Assembly (NCBI GenBank): GCA_951406725.2
Contig: OX597814.1
Location: 153,016,001-153,080,000 of the forward strand
Source of the DNA: Octopus vulgaris
Taxonomy: Eukaryota
Direction of reading: 5' to 3'
DNA length: 64,000 bases
The notes beneath the pieces were generated by a model. That model was not told the DNA's origin, did not search any database, and saw only the letters and a program-made list of their open reading frames with translations. The position numbers and the translations under genes are program-made. This document shows positions 63,423-64,000 of this stretch, one piece after another (within the stretch, counting starts at the first letter, position 1; every line of letters begins with the position of its first letter).

Positions 63423-64000
63423 GGATCTTTTCCTTTTGAACGGCACTTTGTAATATAATTTCTAGGTAACTAAAAAATTTTAAACTTCGTATACTGTTAG
63501 AATGTGTTTATAAAACATCATTTTCTCTTGGCTTTATTGAGAAAATTCTATAGGTTGTAAGATATTTCGTCTAGAAATTCTAGCATTTCGGCAATTTTAA
63601 CCAATTGCTGACGTCCATTTAGGTAAACAACATTCTGTGCATAATGAATATGTCCCTCGTTTAAGAAACAGATTGGGTTTATTTACATTTGTGAAGAAAA
63701 AGATACCCTTCCCCCACCCCTAACCCTAACCCTAACCCTAACTAACCCCAACTCTAACCCTAAATCTAAAATAGATTGAAATGCAATAGATCGATACTAG
63801 GGTTATAATTATGAGTGACAATTTCATACGGCACCGCTATGGAAAATGGGATTTTTTTCTAGCGGTGTCAAATGAAAATGTCACCCATAATTATGGCCCT
63901 AGTATCGATCTATTGCATTTCAATCTATTTTAGATTTAGGGTTAGAGTTAGGGTTAATTAGGGTTAGTTAGGATTAGTTAGGGTTAGGGTTAGGGTTAGG
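63423..64000. mobile_element. Merlin-like family B element in an inverted pair; runs off the window end
   Basis: First copy 63423-~63846 (CCCTAA strand), inverted second copy from ~63848 (TTAGGG strand). Confidence 0.85.

Noticed and set aside
63940-64000. TTAGGG at the window end as a true telomere
   Set aside because: It is preceded by family B MITE sequence and matches that element's internal tract.

Overview
AT-rich, microsatellite-dense eukaryotic (animal) DNA. The SINE families, TTAGGG tracts and repeat density look like an octopus/cephalopod genome; this is an inference from recognition, not a database match. I recognise no intact host protein-coding gene. The host genes are a dispersed tRNA-Gln cluster: 4 apparently intact genes (1 TTG, 3 CTG) and 3 decayed copies, most sharing an upstream GATAAAA-like motif. 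The rest is largely transposable-element debris: a (TAA)n-embedded Dong/R4-type RLE retrotransposon, RTE and Tx1/L1-like LINE fragments, Helitron Rep/helicase fragments and non-autonomous Helitrons, Tc1/mariner/maT/DD41D/Chapaev-like remnants, three related solo LTRs with 4-bp TSDs, and several tRNA-derived SINE families. The most unusual signals are: (1) a tRNA-headed SINE with an 11-bp TSD carrying a Penelope-type minimal hammerhead ribozyme motif; (2) three unrelated GG-terminal TIR element families with 8-bp TSDs (Merlin-like) that all carry internal telomeric TTAGGG tracts; (3) SINE concatemers always joined at the same hairpin-forming GAAATA|GGTATTTC-type junction, whose tail matches the 3' UTR of a Tx1/L1-like LINE in the window; (4) a Helitron whose 3' end is a perfect 19-bp fold-back. 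Coordinates were counted by eye and may be off by a few bases.
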